A stretch of DNA of 32,000 nt from Methanococcus maripaludis (GTDB taxonomy: Archaea; AGJL01; Methanococci; Methanococcales; Methanococcaceae): positions 300,001-332,000 of the forward strand of contig NZ_CP026606.1 in NCBI RefSeq assembly GCF_002945325.1. Reading direction: 5' to 3'. This document shows positions 9,326 to 16,775 of the stretch, piece by piece (position 1 is the stretch's first letter; each line of letters opens with the position of its first letter). A program made the translations under genes and the position numbers. The notes under the pieces are model-generated. The model searched no databases. It saw only the letters and a program-made list of their open reading frames with translations, and had not been told where the DNA came from.

Positions 9326-9533
9326 TCTCTTTTTAAATTTTAAAAAGAATATCTTTAATTTTTACATCTTTTTTATAATTTTAACCATTTTTAGAAAAAA
9401 TACCTTAATATATAAGTAAAAAACACTCAATATTATATAAGTTTAAATAGGATATTAAAAAAGCCTAAAAATCTGTGCATTTGTAAATTATAATACGTTC
9501 TATTCTTCATACGAGTTTATCCCGGTGAATATA

Positions 9534-10052
9534 ATGGATTTAAGAAAAAAGATAAGAATTGTAGAAAATTTTCCAATAGAAGGAATAAGCTTTAAAGATG
9601 TAACTCCGATTTTAAAAGACCCAAAAGCAATGAAGCATACGACAAAAGAGATTGCAAAATACCTCGAAGATAAAAATGTCGATGTTATAGTTGGCCCTGA
9701 AGCACGCGGTTTTTTATTCGGTGTTCCTGTTGCTCATGAACTTGATATAGGGTTTGTTCCAGTTCGAAAACCGGGAAAATTACCTTACAAAACTTTTTCA
9801 GTTGATTATGCACTTGAATACGGATCAGACAGCCTTGAAATTCACAGCGATGGAATTGAAAAAGGCCAGAACGTTGCAATAGTTGACGACCTTCTTGCAA
9901 CCGGCGGAACTGTTTTAGGTGTTAGTAAACTTGTAGAAAAACTTGGCGGGCACGTTTCAGCGCTTAATTTTGTAATCGAACTCACAGAATTAAAGGGAAG
10001 GGATAAATTAAAAGGATACGACATACAGTCGCTTGTTAAATACGATTTATAA
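9534..10052 (+). CDS. apt: Adenine phosphoribosyltransferase
   Basis: The ORF track starts at GTG 9525, but that GTG sits inside the RBS GGTGA, so I prefer ATG 9534. The PRPP-binding motif VAIVDDLLATGGT is present and the overall sequence is Apt-like (FKDVTPILKDP, VGPEARGF). Confidence 0.9.
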   Translation: MDLRKKIRIVENFPIEGISFKDVTPILKDPKAMKHTTKEIAKYLEDKNVDVIVGPEARGFLFGVPVAHELDIGFVPVRKPGKLPYKTFSVDYALEYGSDSLEIHSDGIEKGQNVAIVDDLLATGGTVLGVSKLVEKLGGHVSALNFVIELTELKGRDKLKGYDIQSLVKYDL

Positions 10053-10094
10053 CGCTTTTTTTAAATACTAATTATTTTGATTTTGGTGAAGAAT

Positions 10095-11306
10095 ATGGTT
10101 GAATTATTGGCCCCTGCAAGAGATTTATCGGGCTTGATTACTGCATTCAATAATGGTGCAGATTCAGTGTACTGCGGACTAAAAGAAATGAGTATGCGTG
10201 CAACCGCTAAAAATTTCGAAAGAAATGAGCTAATTGAAGGCATTAACCTCGCACACGATGCAAATAAGCGAGTATATCTATGCACAAACACGGTAGTTTA
10301 CGAAGATGACGTTTTAAATGTAAATGAAATACTCGAATTTGCTAAATCTGCGGAAGTGGATGCCGTAATTGTAAATGATATTGGAGCGATGAGCCTTGCA
10401 GATGAATTAGGACTTGAAATTCACGTGAGCGTTCAAAACAACATTACAAATTCAAAAACTGCTGAATTCTTTTCGAAATTTGCAAAAAGAGTTGTTTTAT
10501 CAAGAGAACTTACATTAACCCAAATTAAACAGATTAAAGAAAATTTAAAACTAAATAAAGTTGATTTAGAACTTGAAGGATTTATTCACGGGGCACTCTG
10601 CACTGCAATGAGTGGAAGATGCTATTTGAGTTCATATTTATTTAATAGAAATGCAAACTGCGGAGACTGCTTACAGCCTTGCAGACGTTCTTGGAAATTA
10701 GTAAATGAACACGCAGACGGAACTCACGAGCTAATTTGCGAAGGAAAATATCTTCTTTCACCAAAGGATCTCTGCATGATTGAACATATCCCAGAAATGA
10801 TAGATGTTTTTGACTGCTTTAAAATTGAAGGGCGTGCTAAAAACGTAGATTACGTGATGCGTGCAACAAAAACGTACCGAAATGCCATTGATTCAGTAAT
10901 TGATGGAACTTATGAAGAAAAATTGCCATTATTTAAAAAAGAACTCGATAAGATCTACAATCGAGGATACGATACAGGATTTTATTTCAGAGATATTGCC
11001 TGTAACCACGATTTACAGTACGAATTTGAAGGAAATATTTCGCCTTACAAAAAAATTGAAGTTGGAAAGGTTGTAAATTACTTTAAAAAGGTCGATGTTG
11101 CAGAAATCACCCTTATTGACGATTTAAATGTTGGAGACAGCGTTTTAATAATCGGGCAAACTACAGGATGCATTGAAGAAAAAATTGAGTCAATGCAGGT
11201 CGAAGGCGAAAACATTACTACTGCCAAAAAAGGTCAAAATGTTGGAATCAAACTTGAAAATTTAGTAAGAGAAAATGACAAAGTTTACATTCTAAAAGAG
11301 GATTAA
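10095..11306 (+). CDS. Peptidase U32-family protein (collagenase-like / Fe-S hydroxylase-type family)
   Basis: The track starts at TTG 10077; I prefer ATG 10095 after GGTGA. The U32 N-terminus is present (ELLAPARD...NGADSVYCGL). A Cys cluster follows (CTAMSGRCYLSSYLFNRNANCGDCLQPC). Confidence 0.8.
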   Translation: MVELLAPARDLSGLITAFNNGADSVYCGLKEMSMRATAKNFERNELIEGINLAHDANKRVYLCTNTVVYEDDVLNVNEILEFAKSAEVDAVIVNDIGAMSLADELGLEIHVSVQNNITNSKTAEFFSKFAKRVVLSRELTLTQIKQIKENLKLNKVDLELEGFIHGALCTAMSGRCYLSSYLFNRNANCGDCLQPCRRSWKLVNEHADGTHELICEGKYLLSPKDLCMIEHIPEMIDVFDCFKIEGRAKNVDYVMRATKTYRNAIDSVIDGTYEEKLPLFKKELDKIYNRGYDTGFYFRDIACNHDLQYEFEGNISPYKKIEVGKVVNYFKKVDVAEITLIDDLNVGDSVLIIGQTTGCIEEKIESMQVEGENITTAKKGQNVGIKLENLVRENDKVYILKED

Positions 11307-11397
11307 TTTAGTTTTTAAATTAAAATTCCGAAATTAGTACACTAAATTTTTATATTTAGAAGTATGAATTATGAATATCAAACTCATGGTGATTATA

Positions 11398-12291
11398 ATG
11401 AAAGAAGATAAGATGTCTAAATTTGCACATATTACAAGCGTACACCCTTGCTACAACGAAAAACTCCACCACAAAATTGGAAGAGTTCATTTGCCCGTTG
11501 CACCAAAATGTAATATTGCGTGCAGATTCTGTAAAAGGAGTATCGGAGATGAATCAGTCTGTGAAGACAGGCCCGGTGTTTCACATCACATCATGAAACC
11601 AGCAGAAGTTGAAAATTATTTAAATGATTTACTTGAAAGAAGTCCAAACATCAAAGTTGCAGGAATTGCAGGACCTGGAGACAGCTTGTTCAATGAAGAA
11701 ACTTTTGAAACATTGGAAGTTTTAAAAGAAAAATTCCCTGATTTAGTTAGATGTCTTTCAACAAACGGACTTTTACTTCCAAAATATGCTGAAAGATTGG
11801 CAGAACTTGGAGTAAAAACCGTAACAGTAACGGTAAACGCGGTAGATCCAAAAATTCAAGCACAGATTGTTGACTGGATATACTACGAAGGAAAAGTTTA
11901 CCGTGGAGAAGAAGGTGCTGAAATTTTAATCAAAAACCAGATTGAAGGAGTTAAAAAACTGGCAGAATTTGATGTTGCAGTTAAAATTAACACGGTATTG
12001 ATCCCTGAAATAAACATGGACCATATTGTGGAAATTGCAAAAACTTTCGAAAAAGATGCGTTCGTTCATAACGTAATTCCTTTAATTCCAATGTACAAAA
12101 TGGAAAATTTAAGAAAACCAACCTGTGATGAAATAAGCAACATAAGAGATACTGCCGAAGAATACCTCCACCAGTTTAGAGCATGCCAGCAGTGTAGGGC
12201 AGATGCAGCAGGACTTATTACCGAACACAAACACCTTGGAGAAAAAGGTAAAAAATTAGACATTTACGATTTAAAACACTTCTCACACTAA
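11398..12291 (+). CDS. nifB: NifB-type radical SAM protein (minimal, radical-SAM domain only)
   Basis: I prefer ATG 11398, 4 nt after GGTGAT, over the track start at 11371. Motifs are HPCY, then LPVAPKCNIACRFCKR (CxxxCxxC radical SAM), then GIAGPGDSL. About 297 aa with no C-terminal NifX-like extension. Confidence 0.75.
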   Translation: MKEDKMSKFAHITSVHPCYNEKLHHKIGRVHLPVAPKCNIACRFCKRSIGDESVCEDRPGVSHHIMKPAEVENYLNDLLERSPNIKVAGIAGPGDSLFNEETFETLEVLKEKFPDLVRCLSTNGLLLPKYAERLAELGVKTVTVTVNAVDPKIQAQIVDWIYYEGKVYRGEEGAEILIKNQIEGVKKLAEFDVAVKINTVLIPEINMDHIVEIAKTFEKDAFVHNVIPLIPMYKMENLRKPTCDEISNIRDTAEEYLHQFRACQQCRADAAGLITEHKHLGEKGKKLDIYDLKHFSH

Positions 12292-12392
12292 TTTCTTTTT
12301 TAAATTTTTTATTTTTTTAACCATAAGGTATAAATGATACTTTTTAAAGATAAAAGCTAGATAAGAAACATGATTTTTTAAAGGTGCTATTT

Positions 12393-12665
12393 ATGGAAAA
12401 TGTGGTAATTACCGTTGTTGGTGTTGATAAACCAGGTATCGTTGCAGAAGTTACAAAAGTTCTCGCACAAAACAGTGCAAACATCGTAGATATCAGGCAG
12501 ACAATCATGGAAGACCTGTTCACAATGATCATGCTTGTTGATATTTCTAAAATAAGTTCAGACTTTTCAGAATTAAACGTTGCTCTTGAAAAGCTCGGAT
12601 CAGAAATCGGAGTTAAAATAAACGTGCAACACGAAAATATCTTTAAATACATGCACAGAATTTAA
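12393..12665 (+). CDS. ACT-domain protein (UPF0237-like)
   Basis: ATG 12393 follows AGGTG; the track start 12384 is the GTG inside that RBS. The ~90-aa protein begins VITVVGVDKPGIVAEVTKVLAQNSANIVDI, a typical ACT beta-alpha-beta opening. Confidence 0.75.
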   Translation: MENVVITVVGVDKPGIVAEVTKVLAQNSANIVDIRQTIMEDLFTMIMLVDISKISSDFSELNVALEKLGSEIGVKINVQHENIFKYMHRI

Positions 12666-12740
12666 CTTTTTTAAATTTTCAAAAATACTTTTTTTAAACT
12701 TTAAAATAAAAATTAAAAGAGAATTAATCATTTAACGTAA

Positions 12741-13292
12741 TTATTTAAATATTTTAAGCTCTTCTTGAAGTTTTACCGCTTCATTCATCCATTCTTCTTC
12801 TATCGGCTTTTCTGATGCAACCATTACTATGGTTTTATCCCTAATTGTTTTTCGAATTCTCATTCCTTCTGGAAAAACACGGTTCATAAAATCAAGGACC
12901 CTATCAATAAAATCCTCTTTTGCATCGTGAATTACCATGTTTAAATCAACTTCTGAATCTGTAACGACTTCAAATCTTGAAGGCTGATCCATAACATTTA
13001 TTTTTGCTAAAAGCTCTGTTGCGTAAGTTTCATCATCAATATTTAATTTAGTTATCGTCTTTCCGTCAGATTTCTTTGATTCATCTATTGTTGCAATATC
13101 CCTTAATCTTATCAGCTTTGAAGTTGATTTTGGCAAAATTCCAATTATAAAATATGGAACGTCCTGTTTGCATATCATTTTTGCCTTTATGATAGATTTT
13201 CCTAAAACGAGGTCTTCGAGAGACGTTTGAATAATTCTTTCGTAAATTGCTTTTCCAGCTTCGTCATTACATTCGACATCAATATAAGCCAT
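12741..13292 (-). CDS. Conserved archaeal protein of unknown function, possibly methanogenesis marker protein 17-like
   Basis: 183-aa ORF with ATG start, no TM segment and no motif I can assign. Size and context fit my memory of the methanogen-restricted marker-17 family. Unverified. Confidence 0.35.
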   Translation of the reverse strand: MAYIDVECNDEAGKAIYERIIQTSLEDLVLGKSIIKAKMICKQDVPYFIIGILPKSTSKLIRLRDIATIDESKKSDGKTITKLNIDDETYATELLAKINVMDQPSRFEVVTDSEVDLNMVIHDAKEDFIDRVLDFMNRVFPEGMRIRKTIRDKTIVMVASEKPIEEEWMNEAVKLQEELKIFK

Positions 13293-13367
13293 ATTACCCC
13301 TGAATCTTAAAAATGGATGATTATTTTCTAAAGTAATATATTGTAAAAATAGTATATAAATAAAGTC

Positions 13368-13571
13368 TTAGCCACCTGAAACAATTGGAACCAGTCTTAA
13401 AGTGTCTTTTTCAAAAAGATCATCAGTTTCAGAAAGAATTTCGCCATTTCGAACAACGAGATTGTCTTTTACGTCTATCTTTTCGATGAAATCTTTTAAC
13501 TTTGCATTTTCCGGCAGTTCAATTTCGGACAATTCTCCAGCATTCTTTATAAAAACTTTCAAAAGAACCAC
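13368..13571 (-). CDS. ThiS/MoaD-like beta-grasp (ubiquitin-like, SAMP-like) small protein
   Basis: 67-aa ORF ending ...LVPIVSGG followed by the stop. The C-terminal Gly-Gly and the size are typical of ThiS/MoaD/SAMP proteins. Confidence 0.6.
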   Translation of the reverse strand: MVLLKVFIKNAGELSEIELPENAKLKDFIEKIDVKDNLVVRNGEILSETDDLFEKDTLRLVPIVSGG

Positions 13572-13619
13572 CTGATTTTAAAATAATAAAAAAATAGTTA
13601 AAAATGAAAAATAAATAAA

Positions 13620-14612
13620 TTATTCTTCTTTTTCAAGACCGCACATTTTTCTTAATTTTGCGCCGACTTCTTCGATTTGTAAGTCTCCTTCGAGTCTTCT
13701 CATTGATTTTAAATGAGCATAGCTTACCTGTTTTTCGAGAAGGAATTCTTTTGTGAATCTTCCATCTTGGATTTCTCTTAAGATTTCTTTCATTGCAGCT
13801 TTTGAATCAGCTGTAACGATTCTGCTTCTTCTTGTAAGTCCACCGTATTCTGCAGTGTTACTTACATCGTTCCACATGTTTTTGAATCCTTTTTGGTAGA
13901 TTAAGTCAACGATTAATTTCAATTCGTGGCAGGTTTCAAAGTATGCCATTTCTGGTGCGTATCCTGCTTCAACGAGTGTTTCAAATCCTGCTTTGATTAA
14001 TTCGGTAACTCCACCGCATAAAACAGCTTGTTCACCGAAAAGGTCAGTTTCTGTTTCTTCTTTGAAAGTTGTCTGGATAACTCCAGCTCTTGATAAACCG
14101 ATTCCTTTTGCCATTGCTGAAACAATATCAAATGCGTTGTTTGTTGCATCAATTTCGATACAGATTAAACCTGGAACACCGAAACCTTCTTCGTATGTTC
14201 TTCTAACCATTTTTCCAGGTGATTTTGGAGCAACTAATACCACGTTAACTCCTTTTGGTGGAACAATGAATCCATAGTGGATGTTAAAACCATGTGAAAA
14301 GCTGAGTGTTTTTCCTTCTTTTAAATATGGTTTTATCTGGCTTTCATAAACTTCTGCCTGTAATTCATCAGGTATTAAGATGTGGATGATGTCCGCTTTT
14401 TCAGCAGCTTCTTCAATGGTCATTACATTGTGACCGTCTGCTTTAGCGTTGTTCCATGAAGCACCGTTTTTTCTTAAACCAACAACAACGTTTAATCCGC
14501 TGTCTTTCATGTTTAAGGACTGTGCTCTACCTTGACTTCCATAACCGATTACTGCAATTGTTTTTTCTTTTAAAGCATCTAATTTAAAATCTGAGTCATA
14601 GAATACCTTCAT
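13620..14612 (-). CDS. ilvC: Ketol-acid reductoisomerase
   Basis: I prefer ATG 14612 (MKVFYDSD), 5 nt after GGTGA, over the track start at 14633. The Rossmann motif [17 protein letters not shown] is present. The sequence is strongly IlvC-like throughout. Confidence 0.95.
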   Translation of the reverse strand: MKVFYDSDFKLDALKEKTIAVIGYGSQGRAQSLNMKDSGLNVVVGLRKNGASWNNAKADGHNVMTIEEAAEKADIIHILIPDELQAEVYESQIKPYLKEGKTLSFSHGFNIHYGFIVPPKGVNVVLVAPKSPGKMVRRTYEEGFGVPGLICIEIDATNNAFDIVSAMAKGIGLSRAGVIQTTFKEETETDLFGEQAVLCGGVTELIKAGFETLVEAGYAPEMAYFETCHELKLIVDLIYQKGFKNMWNDVSNTAEYGGLTRRSRIVTADSKAAMKEILREIQDGRFTKEFLLEKQVSYAHLKSMRRLEGDLQIEEVGAKLRKMCGLEKEE

Positions 14613-14731
14613 TGTCTTCACCTCTAATCTCACAATCTTTTATAGTATAATCATATATAATGATATCTAAAATTAGGCATAAACTATAATAAATTACGGC
14701 AAAACACGAACTTTTGGGCGAGGCGATATTA

Positions 14732-15697
14732 ATGGATCGGGGGGCTATTCAGCTAAAAAAGACTCTTTGGAAACTTACAAAATTTTCAGAAGATTATTTT
14801 GCATTACTGGTTATTTTAGGTTCAATTATTGGTTTTTTTAATCCGAGTATATTTGGATGGGCAATCCCCCACATTTCTCTGTTTCTCGGAATTATCATGT
14901 TTGGAATGGGTATGACATTAAATAAAGATGATTTTAAAACAGTTTTAGAAAGGCCAATTGACGTAGTCTTTGGATCAATTTTACAGTTTAGTTTAATGCC
15001 ACTGCTTGCTTTTTTAGTGATTACAATATTTCATCTACCAACAGAACTTGCATTAGGGTTCATTTTACTGGGTTCATGCCCGGGAGGCACTGCATCAAAT
15101 GTAATAACATACCTTGCAAAAGGAGACGTTGCACTCTCAGTTGCGATCACGACATTTTCAACACTTCTCGCACCAATGATTACCCCCATACTGGTACTAT
15201 GGTTTGCTGGAACGTGGATAGATGTTTCAGCATATTCGATGTTTCTATCAATTGTAAAAATTGTATTAATTCCAGTAATTCTAGGAGTAATTATAAATAA
15301 TTCACTTGGAAAAAAAATTGATTCGATAAGGCATGTTTTACCGCTTTTATCGGTTGTTGCAATAGTTTTAATCGTTGGTGCAATAATTGGAGTTAATTCA
15401 GAAAAAATTGTATCTTCAGGAGTTATTGTTTTACTTGCAGTAATAATCCACAATGCTTTCGGACTTTTATTTGGATATATCGGAACAAAAATCATTGGAA
15501 TGGATGAAAAAAAATCAAGGGCTGTTACAATAGAAGTTGGAGTTCAAAATTCGGGACTTGCAGTAGCACTTGCAACAATCCATTTTTCACCACTTGCAGC
15601 AGTTCCTGGAGCAATTTTTAGCGTCTGGCATAATATTACAGGGCCAATTCTCGCAAACTACTGGTCTAAAAAAGATAAAAAGGAATCTTTTGTTTAA
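14732..15697 (+). CDS. Bile acid:Na+ symporter (BASS) family transporter
   Basis: The track starts at TTG 14714; I prefer ATG 14732. The protein has about 9-10 TM segments. BASS-like blocks are present (GFILLGSCPGGTASNV, TIEVGVQNSGLAVALA). Confidence 0.8.
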   Translation: MDRGAIQLKKTLWKLTKFSEDYFALLVILGSIIGFFNPSIFGWAIPHISLFLGIIMFGMGMTLNKDDFKTVLERPIDVVFGSILQFSLMPLLAFLVITIFHLPTELALGFILLGSCPGGTASNVITYLAKGDVALSVAITTFSTLLAPMITPILVLWFAGTWIDVSAYSMFLSIVKIVLIPVILGVIINNSLGKKIDSIRHVLPLLSVVAIVLIVGAIIGVNSEKIVSSGVIVLLAVIIHNAFGLLFGYIGTKIIGMDEKKSRAVTIEVGVQNSGLAVALATIHFSPLAAVPGAIFSVWHNITGPILANYWSKKDKKESFV

Positions 15698-15718
15698 TCC
15701 GTTCAAATTATAACTCAT

Positions 15719-16171
15719 TTATATTTCATTTATAAATTTTTTTAAATCCGAAAAATTTTCTGGCTTTACATACAGCCTAAACCAGTTATCTTCAAAACCC
15801 CATAATATGGAGGGTATTTTCTTTTCTTTTAGTTTTAAATAGCCATAAAAAAGTCTAGATATTTTATCCATAATGTCAATTTCTCGAAATTCTGATATTA
15901 ATTCAATTTTATCGTTTCTGTAAGGTATTCTAACGTTACAAATCCCTAATTTTTCAGAATTTATATCCTGAAATATCACTGTATCGTAGGTGCATAATTT
16001 TGAAAAGTATGCATTTATCGTATTCATCGAAATATCATTTTTTTCACACATCCACTCTTCATATACGCAGATATCTTTAAAAGGATGGTTTCTAGATACA
16101 ATATTTTCCCAAATCTGATTTAGGGGCGCTTTTGAATAATAATTTCTGGTTTCGATATCCTCACCGTTCAT
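15719..16171 (-). CDS. Hypothetical protein (orphan, no recognisable domain)
   Basis: The track gives a 170-aa ORF from TTG 16231. I prefer ATG 16171 (150 aa), because GGGGTGGT lies 4 nt upstream and a TATA-like TTTTATATAA (minus strand, 16191-16200) lies just beyond it. That TATA box would fall inside the longer ORF. No family recognised. Confidence 0.5.
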   Translation of the reverse strand: MNGEDIETRNYYSKAPLNQIWENIVSRNHPFKDICVYEEWMCEKNDISMNTINAYFSKLCTYDTVIFQDINSEKLGICNVRIPYRNDKIELISEFREIDIMDKISRLFYGYLKLKEKKIPSILWGFEDNWFRLYVKPENFSDLKKFINEI

Positions 16172-16579
16172 GAGTACCACCCCAAAAACGTTATATAAAA
16201 TAAATAAAACTAAAAGAATCAAACAGTTCAAAAGTTTAAAGGCAATAATATATCTGCCGTTCTTTGATATATATTATTCGGATAATCCATTCTTTAAACT
16301 TAATTTAGACAATTAATTGAAAGTAATACGAAAAAAAAGAAAAAATGACGGCTACCTACTAAATAAATAATTATAATATTCATTTAAAAATATATTAATG
16401 GGCAAAATATAATAATCCAAAAGAAGGGGATAATTATATAAATTTTAAAAATTATAAATTTTATCAGGAAATAATCTTTGATATTGCCTAAAACTCCGTT
16501 TTTTACGAAATTTTATGGGAATAATCGAAAATTAATTCCTACGAACTCTCTATTTAAGCTAAATCAGCTTATTAAATTG

Positions 16580-16627
16580 AGGCATTTGTTTTTGGAGCCC
16601 CCCTTCAAAAAATGCTTAATTTTTTTT
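16580..16627 (+). terminator. Imperfect hairpin followed by T8 (terminator-like) inside a long non-coding spacer
   Basis: Positions 16580-16617 fold into a ~15-bp stem. The arms are AGGCATTT(g)TTT(tt)GGAG and CTTCAAAAAATGCTT, with a CCCCC loop and two small bulges. TTTTTTTT follows at 16620-16627. It is not positioned after any annotated plus-strand gene. Confidence 0.25.
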
Positions 16628-16775
16628 CTATTTTTAAAAAAGTTTAGAGTTACCCCAATTTGGAAAATAAAATTTACATAGTATAATATTTTTCTTTTGT
16701 TCACAACCTATCAATTTTTTATACACCTCCTAACAAAGTTATGATTTATACTAAATAGCTTAATTTGGTGATTTT

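Noticed and set aside
15031-15495. 154-aa minus-strand ORF antisense to the BASS transporter, plus the 74-aa plus-strand ORF at 15076-15300
   Set aside because: Both are embedded in a well-supported multi-TM gene and are shadow or off-frame ORFs.
16172-16231. TTG-initiated N-terminal TM anchor on the orphan protein
   Set aside because: A TATA-like box and a GGGGTGGT SD fall inside this extension, favouring ATG 16171. I keep it only as an alternative in the findings.
16478-16681. 67-aa plus-strand ORF (TTG start) in the long spacer
   Set aside because: It has a non-ATG start without an SD and a Phe/Lys/Leu-rich composition expected from random AT-rich sequence. It also runs through the hairpin+T8 element. 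I treat the region as non-coding.
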